Shown: positions 21,893 through 32,638 of the stretch, piece after piece
How positions within the stretch are numbered: position 1 is the first letter of the stretch
Layout: the number at the start of each line of letters is the position of its first letter
The notes under the pieces: generated by a model
Told to the model about the DNA's origin: nothing
Database searches by the model: none
What the model saw: only the letters and a program-made list of their open reading frames with translations
Position numbers and translations under genes: made by a program
Source: an uncultured Planctomycetaceae bacterium
GTDB taxonomy: Bacteria > Planctomycetota > Planctomycetia > Isosphaerales > Isosphaeraceae
Reading direction: 5' to 3'
Length of the DNA stretch: 64,000 bases
NCBI GenBank assembly: GCA_963833985.1
Contig: CAWIAD010000002.1
Location: forward strand, 2,016,001-2,080,000

Positions 21893-22637
21893 TCAGTGAC
21901 CGGCGCCCGCGCACGGCAGTGGTCCGCCGTCCGGATCGGCCAGGACGACGCGGCTGACGGTGATCTGGCCGCCAAAGCAAGCCGCGACGTCCAGCCCCGC
22001 GCGCCTGGCGCGCTGCTGGTAGTTGCCCGTGTACGTGGCCGCGCCCGGCTCGAGAAGGTAGTCCAGCGGCAGCGGGGAAGGGTCCACGGGGCAGAAGACG
22101 ATCTCGGGTTCCGCGGCGCCGGCAGCCGGATGGGGAAGATTGACGTTCCAGAACGTGCCCGGCTGCCACGGCAGGGCCATCACCTGCCGAAGCACGCGGC
22201 CCGCCCGGATCGCCGCCTGGTCCCAGTCGATCACTCGCCCGCGGGCGATGTAGTGCGAGAGGGCGATGGACGGCACGCCGCGGATCGCGGCCTCGCGCGC
22301 GGCAGCCACCGTGCCCGAATGGTGGATGTCTGTCCCCAAGTTGCCCCCTGCGTTGATGCCCGAGAGCACCCAGCCCACGTCTTTTGCCAGCGCTGCGATG
22401 GCCAGCCGCACGCAATCGACGGGGGTGCCGGCGACGGCCAGTTTCTCCGCGCCGCCGTCGGTGATCCGGATCGGCGCGTGCGTCGTCACCTGGTGCCCGC
22501 ATCCCGAGAGCCCGTCGCAGGGTGCGATCACGCGGCACTTTCCCAGTCCCTGTGCTGCGCAGCAACGCCTCCAGGCCGGGCGCCAGGATCCCGTCGTCGT
22601 TGGTCAGCACGAGAACCGGCCGTTCCTGGTCCATCAT
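21893..22637 (-). CDS. surE: 5'/3'-nucleotidase SurE; frameshift ~22555
   Basis: VLTNDDG..APGL, then GTPVDCV, VLSGINAGGNLG, SGTVAAARE, NVNLP in the next frame. Confidence 0.9.
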
Positions 22638-23053
22638 CGCTGCTCGCTGCTGTTATGTCCGGTGGTTGCGCATTGCCAGCAGAATGGATCGCCTGACGCG
22701 GATGACGGCCGTGGCCTGTTGCGGGGGCGGCGAGCCTGAAAGAACCTGGCCACTCTGTCCCGGCAGAAACCATTGACGCCGTGCCCGCGCTACGCGCACT
22801 ATCTGGCAAGCCCGCAATCCGCCTCGACATCGATCGAACAGGGAAGCCGGAGCAGGTAGCGGGTGCGGACATGACCCTTCCGGGTCCGACGGGCCGATGC
22901 CATCCGCCGAGGTCGCCGTCTCGCCCCGGCGTGCGCCCGTACGTGCAAGGCGTCATCTTCTCTCCACGACGCTCGGAAGCTGCCATGGACGAACCGCCTC
23001 TCTCTCCAGGAATCTCCGGCCGGCGCAGGCGCGGAGGCGACCACGACATCCTC

Positions 23054-23542
23054 ATGCCGGGCCCGGCGGCCGACGCCGCCCCCGCTGCCCAGGCACCCAA
23101 TGCCGAGACCGCCCGGGCTGCCGGCGAATCCGCGGCAACAACCCGCCAGGCGCGGTTCGCGCTGCCGGTCTCCGCACTCGGCCCGCTGTTCCGTCATCGC
23201 TTTGAGCAAATTTATAGATGCCGTATCGATTATCAAATTGACGTGAGCAACCGCGCCACGCTGCGCGTGCTCGGCGGCTACTACAAGTCCCGGCGGCTGG
23301 TGCGGGTGTACGCGCGCGACCGGGAACTGGGGGTGCGGCCCCTGGAGGAGCTTTTCGATACCTTCCTGCACGAGATGGCGCACCACCTCGAATACACCGA
23401 ACCCTTCTCGTTCTCCGCCCGGTCGTGCGGCCGCGTGCCCGGGCGGATGCACAGCCGCCTCTTCTGGAAGATCCTTGGCGAGCTGAAGTACCGCTGGGCG
23501 TACCAGCAAAAGCGGCGCGATGGCACCGCCGTACGGCCCTGA
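23054..23542 (+). CDS. HExxH (SprT-like) zinc-motif hypothetical protein; start uncertain
   Basis: TFLHEMAHH...H..LFW. Confidence 0.6.
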   Translation: MPGPAADAAPAAQAPNAETARAAGESAATTRQARFALPVSALGPLFRHRFEQIYRCRIDYQIDVSNRATLRVLGGYYKSRRLVRVYARDRELGVRPLEELFDTFLHEMAHHLEYTEPFSFSARSCGRVPGRMHSRLFWKILGELKYRWAYQQKRRDGTAVRP

Positions 23543-23615
23543 TTCGGAGGTGAAGCGCCGGGGCACGATGGCCACGCCCCGGCTCCACTGCGATCAGGTC
23601 AGGATGCCGCCCGTT

Positions 23616-24161
23616 TCACTTGCCGGCGATTCCCAGCTCCTTGAGCTTGGACGCGACGTCGTCAGCGGCCTTGGCGGTCACCACCTTCTTGTCGATGGCG
23701 CGGATGACGCCCTCCTTGTCAATGTAGAACGTCCAGCGCTCGGGGACGGGCCGGCCTTCGTGGACCACGCCATACGCCTTGGCCACGCTCTTGTCGGGAT
23801 CGCTCAGGATGGGGTAATCGCAGTTCAGCGATTCGGCGAACTTCTTGTTGTAGTCGGGCACATCCACGCTGGCCGTGAAGTACGCCACGTTGAGCCCCTT
23901 GAGCAAGTTGCCTCCCTGGGCGAACGACTTGCATTCGGCCGTGCAGCCGCCCGTGAACGCCTTGGGAAACCAGGCGAGCACGACGGCCGACTTGCCCTTG
24001 TACTCGGCCAGTGAGTGAACCTTGCCGTCGGATCCGGGGAGCGAGAACTCGGGGGCCGGCTCGCCCACTTTGGGCTCGTCGGCCAGCGCAGCAACGGCGC
24101 TGCCGGCGAGCAGGAGACCGGCTCCCAGCAACACCGCGGTGGCTCTGAGGTATCGGCTCAT
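23616..24161 (-). CDS. Peroxiredoxin (BCP/PrxQ-like) with signal peptide
   Basis: KVGEPAPEFSL, WFPKAFTGGCTAEC, ILSD, RWTFYIDKEG. Confidence 0.88.
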   Translation of the reverse strand: MSRYLRATAVLLGAGLLLAGSAVAALADEPKVGEPAPEFSLPGSDGKVHSLAEYKGKSAVVLAWFPKAFTGGCTAECKSFAQGGNLLKGLNVAYFTASVDVPDYNKKFAESLNCDYPILSDPDKSVAKAYGVVHEGRPVPERWTFYIDKEGVIRAIDKKVVTAKAADDVASKLKELGIAGK

Positions 24162-24456
24162 GGGGAACTCCTGTTGCAAGCAACCTGGGCGGGAATGGAA
24201 ATCTCGATGGCGGGCGGTACGGCGAGTCCGCATCGCATCCAGCGCGCGTTTCGCCGCAACTGCCAGGTGATGAAAGTTATCAGCCGGTTGCCGCGGGTGC
24301 AACGGTTACCGGGCCTTTTACGACCGCGGCTGGCGGTGCGCCGCTTCGTCTCCGGCATGCCTCGACCTGCCCGCGCGCGGGCCGGTACACTGGGACGATC
24401 GCCTCGCCGTCGTGGCGGGGGATCGTCAAGCAGGGTTTCGAGTACGGAGCGTGATC

Positions 24457-27270
24457 ATGTCCGCGGTGAGTCCGCCCGAGCCGCGGCCCGGCCCGGAGAC
24501 GAAACGGCCGCGGGCAGCTCGGCAGAGCGGGGCGGCATATTCCCCCGCCCGGGGAATGCGCGTCATCGATGCCTGCCTGATCACGCTCTTCCTCGGGCTC
24601 ACCTTCCTGCTGGGCATCTTTCCCCTCAAGGATGCCGACTATTACTGGCACCTGCGCACCGGCGACCTGATTCGCCAGTCCGGACAGGTCCCCCGGGTCG
24701 ATTTCTTCACCTTCACCCGCGCCGGAACTCCCTGGATCGACCTGCACTGGATCTTCCAGGTCGGCATCAGCTGGATTCGCGAGCATGGGGGGGTGCCTGC
24801 GCTCACCCTGGCGAAAGCCGTCGTCACGAGCCTGGCGGTGTTCTTGCTGATCACCGCACGGCGCCGCGCGTGGCCGGTCTGGACGATGATCCTCGCCTGG
24901 CTGCCCGCCCTGCTGGTTCTGAGCGGGCGGATGTACGTGCGGCCTGAGACGCTGAGCCTGCTCTACCTCGCGCTCTACCTGGCTGTGATTTGCCGCTGGG
25001 ACCGGTATCCCGCGCTCGCCTGGCTGTTGCCGGCGGTCCAGGTGGCGTGGGTGAACTCGCATGGCCTCTTCGTTCTGGGTCCCATCATCCTGGTTTTCGC
25101 GCTGATCGACGCGCTGCTGCGGCCGGGGGCCCTGGACGCCGAGCGCGCGGGCTGGTGGCGGATCACGGTGCCGGCCTGCGTGGCCACGGGGTTGGCCTGC
25201 CTGCTGAACCCCTACGGTTTGCGGGGGGCCCTCTATCCCCTGGAACTGGCCCGGACGATGAGTAACCCGATCTTCTCCCGGAGCATCGCCGAGCTGACGC
25301 CGATTCCGCTGTTCATCGAGAAGTCCGGCCTCGGGAACCTGCCGCTCCAGCTTCACCTGGCAGCCATGCTGCTGGGCGCGCTCAGTTTTCTGGTCCCCAT
25401 GGTATGGACGCTGGCCGTACGCTGGCGAAGGTCCGGCGGCGATACCGGCGCAGACCGCGGAGGCGCGCGGACCCCACGGAAGCGCACCAAGAAGCGGCGT
25501 CAGGCGGCGGAGCCCGCGGAGACCGAGGGGAACTGGCGGCTGAGCCCGTTCCGGCTGCTGCTGTACGGGGCCTTCAGCCTGCTCAGCCTCCAGGCCACGC
25601 GCAACAGCCACCAGTTCGCGGCGGTCGTCGGCACGGTCACGGCCTGGAACCTGGCCGAGTGGGCCGCGGCCCGGCGTGCACGCGCCGGCCGGCAGAGCGG
25701 CGAGGACGCCGGCGCCGGCGACCTCCGTCCTCGCCTGCTGACCCTTGCCGTGCTGGCGGTGATGCTGCTGTGGGTGGGGAGCGGGCAGTTCTACGCCATG
25801 ACCGGCGAGGGCCGGACGATCGGCTGGGGCGAGGAGCCGCTCTGGTTCGCCCACGATGCCGTCAGGTTCGCCGGTGCGCCGGGGATGCCCGAGCGGTTCC
25901 TCAGCTACCACAACGCCCATGCCTCGGTCTTCGAGTATTACCACAGCCCGGAACGCGAACACGGGCCGGGCCGCACGGTCTTCACCGACCCGCGGCTGGA
26001 GATCGCCGGTGCCGAGCTCTTTGACGAGTACCAGAAGCTGGGGGACCGGATCACGAAGGCCAGCCCCGGCTGGGACGACCAGCTCGACCGCATGGGCCGG
26101 CCGACGATCCTGGTGGACCACGTGGACAACGCGGGCATTGGCGCCAGCCTGCTGGCCAGCCGCCACTGGAAGTGTGTCTGGTTCGACCCGATCGTCGCCG
26201 TCTTCGTGCACGACAGTTACCCGGCCGCCAGGAGTGGCGCCGTCGATTTCGGCAGCCGTCATTTCCGGCCCGATCCGGCCACCGAGCCGCAAGGGCCCGC
26301 GGCGCTGCTGGCCTCCGCGAAGGGCCTGCGCAACTACTTGAACTTCGGGCTGGGACGTGGCGACATTTCCCGGCCCCTGGTCTGGCTGGCCGAGGACCAT
26401 GCCCGGCGGCTCGTGGAGACCGACCCGAACGCCGCGGACGGCTGGAAGACGCTGGGACAGGTGGAATTGCTGCGTGAGCCCGCGGCCGCCCCCGTGGCCC
26501 GGTTCCGTATGCCCTTCGACCCGGTGTTCGACCTGCCGCTGGTGCGCGCGGTTTATGCCTTCCGCCGCGCGGCGGAGCTCGAACCCCGAGACTTCATGAC
26601 CCTGATCGGACTGGAACAGGTCTTCGAGACCCGGCAAATGGACGAGGCGGAGCTGCCGGTGCTCGATCGTCTCCGCGAGCTGCGCCCGATCAACCGGCTG
26701 CAAAGGGCGCACCTGGTCCAGGCGGATGCGACACGGGCACAGCTCCGCGCCCGGCTTGGCCCTGCGCCGGACACATCCTGGAAGAACCTGGGCGAGCTCG
26801 ACCGGGTCGTGACGGCGCAGCTTGCCAGCGGCCGGGCCGCCACCGCCGCCGAGACCCTGGAGCGTGCGCTGCCGCCGGAGAAGATGCCCTGGGAGTTACT
26901 CGACCGGGCCGCCACGCTGCGTCTGCACCTGGGCGAGCCCGAGGCCGCGCGGCAGCTCTGGCGAGGCGCGGCTGAGGTTCCACACCCCGCCGTGCGCGAC
27001 GCCCGGCTGGCGGCCGCCTTTCTGGCCGAAGGGCAGTTCGGCGCGGCACGCGCAGCCTACGAGCGCGCGCTCGCGGCGGACCCGGCTCTCTTCGAGGCAC
27101 ACTATGGGCTGGCCGTACTGGAACAGGACGCGGGCCGGGCGGACCCGGCCTACCGTCATTCGCTGGCTGCCATCGAGTCGGCCCCCGGCGACGTCGCCCG
27201 TTCCGCCGCCCGCGCCATGGCCTCGGCCCTGCACCCGTTCGCGCAGGCCGAGGCCGTCCGGACTCAATAA
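24457..27270 (+). CDS. Polytopic membrane protein (GT-C glycosyltransferase-like N-terminus) with C-terminal TPR repeats
   Basis: DADYYWHLRTG loop after TM1, RPE, WVNSHG.F, NPYG; many TM helices; TPR-like ARAAYERALAADP..FEAHYGLA. Confidence 0.7.
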   Translation: MSAVSPPEPRPGPETKRPRAARQSGAAYSPARGMRVIDACLITLFLGLTFLLGIFPLKDADYYWHLRTGDLIRQSGQVPRVDFFTFTRAGTPWIDLHWIFQVGISWIREHGGVPALTLAKAVVTSLAVFLLITARRRAWPVWTMILAWLPALLVLSGRMYVRPETLSLLYLALYLAVICRWDRYPALAWLLPAVQVAWVNSHGLFVLGPIILVFALIDALLRPGALDAERAGWWRITVPACVATGLACLLNPYGLRGALYPLELARTMSNPIFSRSIAELTPIPLFIEKSGLGNLPLQLHLAAMLLGALSFLVPMVWTLAVRWRRSGGDTGADRGGARTPRKRTKKRRQAAEPAETEGNWRLSPFRLLLYGAFSLLSLQATRNSHQFAAVVGTVTAWNLAEWAAARRARAGRQSGEDAGAGDLRPRLLTLAVLAVMLLWVGSGQFYAMTGEGRTIGWGEEPLWFAHDAVRFAGAPGMPERFLSYHNAHASVFEYYHSPEREHGPGRTVFTDPRLEIAGAELFDEYQKLGDRITKASPGWDDQLDRMGRPTILVDHVDNAGIGASLLASRHWKCVWFDPIVAVFVHDSYPAARSGAVDFGSRHFRPDPATEPQGPAALLASAKGLRNYLNFGLGRGDISRPLVWLAEDHARRLVETDPNAADGWKTLGQVELLREPAAAPVARFRMPFDPVFDLPLVRAVYAFRRAAELEPRDFMTLIGLEQVFETRQMDEAELPVLDRLRELRPINRLQRAHLVQADATRAQLRARLGPAPDTSWKNLGELDRVVTAQLASGRAATAAETLERALPPEKMPWELLDRAATLRLHLGEPEAARQLWRGAAEVPHPAVRDARLAAAFLAEGQFGAARAAYERALAADPALFEAHYGLAVLEQDAGRADPAYRHSLAAIESAPGDVARSAARAMASALHPFAQAEAVRTQ

Positions 27271-27303
27271 ACCGGATCGGCCGGGCACGGGACGCGCACG
27301 GGT

Positions 27304-27720
27304 TCAGACGCCGGCGCCGGCCTTCTGCTTCACGGGCTTGGTGCGCGCGGTCTTCCAGTCGTCGTACAGCGCCTTCAGCTCCTCGACGGTGACGCCGCCA
27401 TGGTCCTCGCCCGAGTGCCAGCGGCCCATGAGCACCGTGAGGCGGTCGCGGAGCGGCCCGCGGGGCAGGAACTTGCCGTGGAACTTCTTCAGGACCTTGA
27501 GCCGCGGATCCGCCGGCGGCCTCGGCGGCGCCTTGGGCTTCTCCTCCTTGGGAGCGGCCTCGGCGCCTTCCTTCTCCTTCTTGGCCTTGGCTTTGTCCTT
27601 GTCCTTGTCTTTGTCCTTCGGCTTGGCCTCGCCCTTGTGCTGCTTGCCGTCGCCCTGCGGATGGGCCTTGGCCTTGGCTTTGTCCTTGTCTTTCGCCTTG
27701 TCGCCGTCTTTACTGGCCAT
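27304..27720 (-). CDS. Hypothetical protein with Lys/Asp/Ala low-complexity N-terminus
   Basis: GC3-rich codons; KDKDK repeats followed by a globular-looking DPRLKVLKKFHG...LYDDWK. Confidence 0.65.
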   Translation of the reverse strand: MASKDGDKAKDKDKAKAKAHPQGDGKQHKGEAKPKDKDKDKDKAKAKKEKEGAEAAPKEEKPKAPPRPPADPRLKVLKKFHGKFLPRGPLRDRLTVLMGRWHSGEDHGGVTVEELKALYDDWKTARTKPVKQKAGAGV

Positions 27721-28469
27721 CAATTCGTTCCTGATTGCTGCCCGATGCGTGCTCCGCGGAGCAAACCGTCGGACGTCTCGATCCGCGTGTCTGTGACGGA
27801 GCGCTTCCGATAGCGCGACGTCGTCTCTGCCGGCGGGTTCCGTCGAACGCTCTCCGGCAAAATCCAAGCTTCTTAACTTACTCGAACCCGGCCCGGCCTG
27901 ACAAGCGCCCCAAACGCGGGCCCGCGGTTCGCCCGGGTTCCGCGGCTCAATGTAACGAACTCCGGTTTTCTCCGGTATGGTGAACAGTCAGAGGCCGGCC
28001 CTTGTGGCAAGGCATGCGGAAACAAGAATGGGAGCGTAGCACCAAACGTGCTGCCGGCGTGCCTCACCCCGTTGCTCTCCGAACCCTATCAGGTGGTACG
28101 GGGTTCCCATCTTGGCCTCTCAGTCGTGGCAAAACATTCCGAGCTCGTCACGAAAACTGAGACTGATCAGTAGATTTGAAGAGGCAGGAATGAAATCTTG
28201 TCCCACGCGAGACGCTTGAGGGTCAATGGCTGAGGCTCGCCGGCGGCACGCCGGTTCCAGCGGTCTCATCCCTTTATTCCGCATACCTGGCCACGACCAT
28301 CGGCCGCTGATTGTTCACTCTGTGCAACAGACTCTACCATTGTGGGACAGCCTCTGAGCTTGCCGGCAGCGGGCCCTGCGAGGACCCGTGCTCCGGATGC
28401 TGCCTTCGTTGCTGAGGACTACCCTGGGCGCCGTCGCACCGCGTGACGCGGAAGCCGGCTCGCTCTTCC

Positions 28470-28830
28470 TCTCGGTTTGCACCGTCTCGCGCAGGAAGCT
28501 GAGCACCACCGCATGGAAGAAGGCCTTCATGAGAATGACACACACACACACGCTCGATTGTGGCGTGCCCCGCCGGATTGCCGGGTGTCAATTGGTAAGC
28601 GCAGGCCGCTGGTAAGCGCGCAGGCCGCCCCGGATTGGTGGAGTGCCGAGAATCAGGCTCGCCATGAAATGGGCCTGGATCAGTTCGTCGATGTTGACGA
28701 AGTTCGCCAGATCGCGGCCGAATCATACGTACCGGTCGGCCGGGTCGATCACGGGCGGGTTCCGCGGGTCGGCACAATCCTGAACGTCCAGGAAGTCGGC
28801 CTCGTCGGTGAGGAAATCGGGCCGGTGCAA
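28470..28830 (-). pseudogene. Degenerate fragments of a vanadium-dependent haloperoxidase-like gene
   Basis: DFLTDEADFLDVQD...DPADRYV*FGRDLANFVNIDELIQAHFMASLIL with an internal TGA at 28723-28725, then CVILMKAFF; both resemble bromoperoxidase segments as I recall them. Confidence 0.5.
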
Positions 28831-28971
28831 CGCACCCTGCGCCATGGCGCAGGCGCATGCGGCGCACGCGGATCGCCCGTCGAGCCCTTGCAAATCAGGG
28901 AGAGCGCCGTGATCATCAAGTAAACCCCAGCACCGGGGCGAGGCCGGTAGGGGCGCGGGGGATCGAGCCTG

Positions 28972-29868
28972 ATGCACTGGAAAGACAGGGTTTACGGAGA
29001 GGTCTCGATCACCGACCCGGCGCTTCTTGAGCTCGTAGCCACTCCCACGTTCCAGCGGCTGCACGGAGTCCGGCAGGCGGGTCCCTCCGCGATCGCCTTC
29101 TCGTTCAAGGACGTGACTCGCTTCGAGCACAGTCTGGGCGTGCATCTCATGCTCGGCCGCCTCGGGGCGGATTTCAAGCAGCAGGTCGCCGGGCTGTTGC
29201 ACGATATTTCGCACACGGCCTTCTCGCACGCGGTCGATTTCCTGGTGACGTCCGACGAGCAGGACCATCACGAGCGATTGAAGCCGCAGATGCTCGACCG
29301 TCCCGATATCGTCCGCGGCCTTGCGAACATGGGATACCATCCCGAGGACTTTTATGACGATACCGTTTATCCTCTGCTCGAGCGCTCCCTGCCGAACCTC
29401 TGTGCCGACCGGCTCGACTACTTCCTGCGCGACGGGCTGGCCTGCCGGGTGATCGCGCCCGTCGAGGTTCGGTGTATCCTTGAGGACCTGGTCGTCATCG
29501 ACTCGACGATCGGCTTCACCGAGCTGGGCGTAGCACGGCGAGCCGCCGCGCTCTTCGGAGTAATGAACCGCGACTGGTGGGCCAGCCGCACCGAGGCATT
29601 CATTTACAACGAATTCGCCGATGCCCTGCGCGAGGGCTTCCGGCTGGGGGTGCTGAACGATGGCGACCTGCTCACCGAGGACGCCCTGGTGCTGGCCAAG
29701 CTCGACGCGGCGCACAGCCCGCTCATCACCGCGAAGCTGGCGGCGATCCGCCAATTCCACCCCGGACTGCTCGCAGGATACACCCCTCGCGTGATCCCCA
29801 AGGAGCGCTGGCTTGATCCGCCCGTGAAGTGCGGGCAAGGATTCCGGCGGATGTCCGAGTTTCGCTGA
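28972..29868 (+). CDS. HD-domain phosphohydrolase (SAMHD1/dNTPase-like)
   Basis: FQRLHGVRQ, TRFEHSLGV, GLLHDISHTAFSH, ADRLDY.LRD. Confidence 0.88.
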   Translation: MHWKDRVYGEVSITDPALLELVATPTFQRLHGVRQAGPSAIAFSFKDVTRFEHSLGVHLMLGRLGADFKQQVAGLLHDISHTAFSHAVDFLVTSDEQDHHERLKPQMLDRPDIVRGLANMGYHPEDFYDDTVYPLLERSLPNLCADRLDYFLRDGLACRVIAPVEVRCILEDLVVIDSTIGFTELGVARRAAALFGVMNRDWWASRTEAFIYNEFADALREGFRLGVLNDGDLLTEDALVLAKLDAAHSPLITAKLAAIRQFHPGLLAGYTPRVIPKERWLDPPVKCGQGFRRMSEFR

Positions 29869-30040
29869 AGAGAGCGGGTCTCCCTCGTCCAGGGACTGAG
29901 CTGAGGTCGGTGAAGCAGGCAGCAACTGGAATCGAAGTGTGGAACGGCCCCGGAACGTCATGGCGATTCATTGCGGCCGCGAGCCGGGGCTTGCTAGACT
30001 GAATCTCGAAATCGAGTCAACTACCTCTCCGGTTTGACCC

Positions 30041-30481
30041 TTGCGAGCGAAGACCGTGCGATTGCTTGCAGATTCTCAGGCGCTCAGGGATGCTCTCTCG
30101 TGGAATCCAGACGGACTCGTACCGGCGATCGTCCAGGACGCAACAAGCGGCGAAGTGCTGATGATGGCCTGGGTGAATCACGTCGCGCTGGAGAAGACGC
30201 TCGCGCTGGGACAGACGCATTTCTATTCCAGGTCGCGGGGCTCCCTCTGGCACAAGGGGGCGACTTCAGGACACGTCCAGGAGGTCGAATCGATCCACGT
30301 CGACTGTGACGGCGACGTGCTCCTTATCAAGGTCCGCCAGCACGGCGGCGCCTGCCACGAGGGCTATCGCTCCTGCTTCTACCGCCGCGTGAACGAGGCC
30401 GGAACGCTCGAGGTGGATGCGACACCAATCTTCAGCGCCGCCGACGTGTACCGGGGCAAGCCGGAGCCGCCGCCGAGGTGA
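30041..30481 (+). CDS. hisI: Phosphoribosyl-AMP cyclohydrolase
   Basis: [45 protein letters not shown]. Confidence 0.95.
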   Translation: MRAKTVRLLADSQALRDALSWNPDGLVPAIVQDATSGEVLMMAWVNHVALEKTLALGQTHFYSRSRGSLWHKGATSGHVQEVESIHVDCDGDVLLIKVRQHGGACHEGYRSCFYRRVNEAGTLEVDATPIFSAADVYRGKPEPPPR

Positions 30482-30865
30482 TCCACCGAGGCTGAGGGGC
30501 TCGCGCACGCGCTTGTGCGAACCATTTTCTCCCAGCGCCCCACCGCCCGACCCGCAGCCGCGAGGCCGCGCCCTGCGCACGAGCGCGGAGCGACCAACAC
30601 TTCGGCTTCCGCGGTCACGAGCTGGCGCACTGCGCCCGGAGTCGAGCCCATGAACGAGGGCTCACCCAATTCCTGCTTCTGGACCGTCTGGTCTCGCGGA
30701 GTCGAGCTGGGGAGCAGCCTTCGCCAAGCCTGCACGCAACCGGTCTTTCGCGGCGCGGGCGTGAGCTATTAAAATACGGACTTCCGCACCACCGGCAACC
30801 AACCCGCGGACGCGAGGAAAGAACGCGTGCCGCGCGTGCCGGCTGACCATACGAGGAATCGATTG

Positions 30866-32023
30866 ATGCGAAAACCGCGACTCATGACGCCTGGTCCCGC
30901 GAACGTTCCCGAAGAAGTGCTCCTGGAGCTGGCCCGGCCGGTGATCCACCATCGCTCGGCCGAGGCCAAGCAGGTCATTGTCGAGGTGACCGAGGGGCTC
31001 AAGCATGTCTTCCAGACGCGGAACGACGTCCTGATCCTCACGGCTTCGGGAACGGGGGCCATGGAGGCCGCGGCCGTCAACACGGTACCGCCGGGCGGCA
31101 AAGCCCTGGTGCTCAGCGCGGGCTACTTCGCGGCGCGATGGGGAAGTATCTGCAAGGCTTACGGGATCCACGCGGTCACGCTGGAGACCGAATGGGGCCA
31201 GCCCGTGGATCCCGGGCAGGTTGAGAACGCCCTGCGGCAGCATCCCGATACAGCCTGCGTGATGGGCACCCTGAGCGAGACCTCGACGGGCACCGGCCAT
31301 CCGGTCGAGGCGATCGGCAAGGTGGTCGCAGCCACGCCGGCCGTATTCGCCGTCGACGGCATCTCCGGCGTGGGCGCCATGGAGTGCCGGACCGATGAGT
31401 GGGGCATCGACCTCCTGGCCGTGGGCTCGCAGAAGGCACTCATGCTGCCGCCGGGTCTGGCGTTCCTGGCGGTGAGCGACAAGGCCTGGGCGAAGATCGA
31501 CGCCTTCGAGGCGCGCAGTTTCTACTTCAACCTCAAGGCGGCGCGCAAGAAGGCGAAGGAGTTTGACACGCCCTATACTCCGGCCCACACGCTCATTCTC
31601 GCCTTGCGGGCCTCATTGCGGCGCATCAAGGAGGAGGGCCTGGAAAACATCCTGGAACGCCACCGCCGCATGAGTGAGGCGTGCCAGGCGGGTGTGCGTG
31701 CGCTGGGGCTGGAGCTGTTCAGCGCCCGGCCGGCCGAGGGGCTGACGGCGTTCCGCGTTCCCGAAGGTTTCAAAGATACCGACATCCGCAACAAGCTGAC
31801 CGAACGCTTTGGCATTACCACGGTGGGCGGCCAGGACAAGCTCAAGGGGAAGATCATCCGCATTGGCCACATGGGCTACACTGACGAGATCGATGTGGTG
31901 GCCACCCTGGCGGCGCTGGAGATGGCGCTGGGTGAGCTGGGATATGACGTCGAGCCGGGCGCCGCCGTGACGGCGGCCCAGCAGGTCCTGATGGGCAAGC
32001 GCACCGCGGCCGCCGTGGGTTGA
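30866..32023 (+). CDS. Class V PLP aminotransferase (alanine-glyoxylate/serine-pyruvate family)
   Basis: LMTPGP, SGTGAMEA, VDGIS, GSQKALMLPPG, RIGHMG; lies upstream of serA. Confidence 0.92.
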   Translation: MRKPRLMTPGPANVPEEVLLELARPVIHHRSAEAKQVIVEVTEGLKHVFQTRNDVLILTASGTGAMEAAAVNTVPPGGKALVLSAGYFAARWGSICKAYGIHAVTLETEWGQPVDPGQVENALRQHPDTACVMGTLSETSTGTGHPVEAIGKVVAATPAVFAVDGISGVGAMECRTDEWGIDLLAVGSQKALMLPPGLAFLAVSDKAWAKIDAFEARSFYFNLKAARKKAKEFDTPYTPAHTLILALRASLRRIKEEGLENILERHRRMSEACQAGVRALGLELFSARPAEGLTAFRVPEGFKDTDIRNKLTERFGITTVGGQDKLKGKIIRIGHMGYTDEIDVVATLAALEMALGELGYDVEPGAAVTAAQQVLMGKRTAAAVG

Positions 32024-32051
32024 GCCGCAATTTGGGGGTTTTTTCGTGCCG

Positions 32052-32577
32052 GGATGATGGGAGCCGTAGGGTGGGTCGAGCGAAGCGAGGCCCACCAGCA
32101 GCCGCGGGAATGCACGGAGAGATGAGATGAGCTGGTGGGCCTCGCTGTGCTCGACCCACCCTACGAATGATGAAAGAATACTTTGCGTGAGCGTGCTTCG
32201 ATCTGTGGCCGGTGTGCTCACCTGGCGCGGATGATGGGAGCCGTAGGGTGGGTCGAGCGAAGCGAGGCCCACCAGCAGCCGCGGGAATGCACGGAGAGAT
32301 CAGATGAGCTGGTGGGCCTCGCTGTGCTCGACCCACCCTACGAATGATGAAAGAATACTTTGTGTGAGCGTGCTTCGATCTGTGGCCGGTGTGCTCACCT
32401 GGCGCGGATGATGGGAGCCGTAGGGTGGGTCGAGCGAAGCGAGGCCCACCAGCAGCTGCGGGAATGCACGGAGAGATGAGATGAGCTGGTGGGCCTCGCT
32501 GTGCTCGACCCACCCTACGAATGATGAAAGAGAGGCTCGGAGTCGTAGGGTGGGTCGAGCGAAGCGAGGCCCACCAG
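32052..32577. repeat. BIME-like tandem array of GTAG-type REP elements (177-bp period, 7 REP units)
   Basis: CGTAGGGTGGGTCGAGCGAAGCGAGGCCCACCA alternates with inverted TGGTGGGCCTCGCTGTGCTCGACCCACCCTACG; units start at 32052, 32229 and 32406, with a final REP at 32544. Confidence 0.92.
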
Positions 32578-32638
32578 AACCCTGGGCCGGGCTGCTCACG
32601 AGAGCGCGGTCCGCTGTCTTTACTGGAGAGCTTCAATC

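Noticed and set aside
23616..24161. Selenocysteine peroxiredoxin
   Set aside because: The active-site codon is TGC and the frame is uninterrupted.
24280..26712. 810-aa minus-strand ORF and similar long antisense ORFs
   Set aside because: GC-rich shadow frames opposite well-supported genes, with no motifs.
28538..28551. CA microsatellite as a phase-variation switch
   Set aside because: Lies within a decayed gene remnant with no intact ORF or promoter to control.
32052..32577. CRISPR array
   Set aside because: Repeats alternate in orientation, the spacers are themselves repeated, and no cas genes are present.
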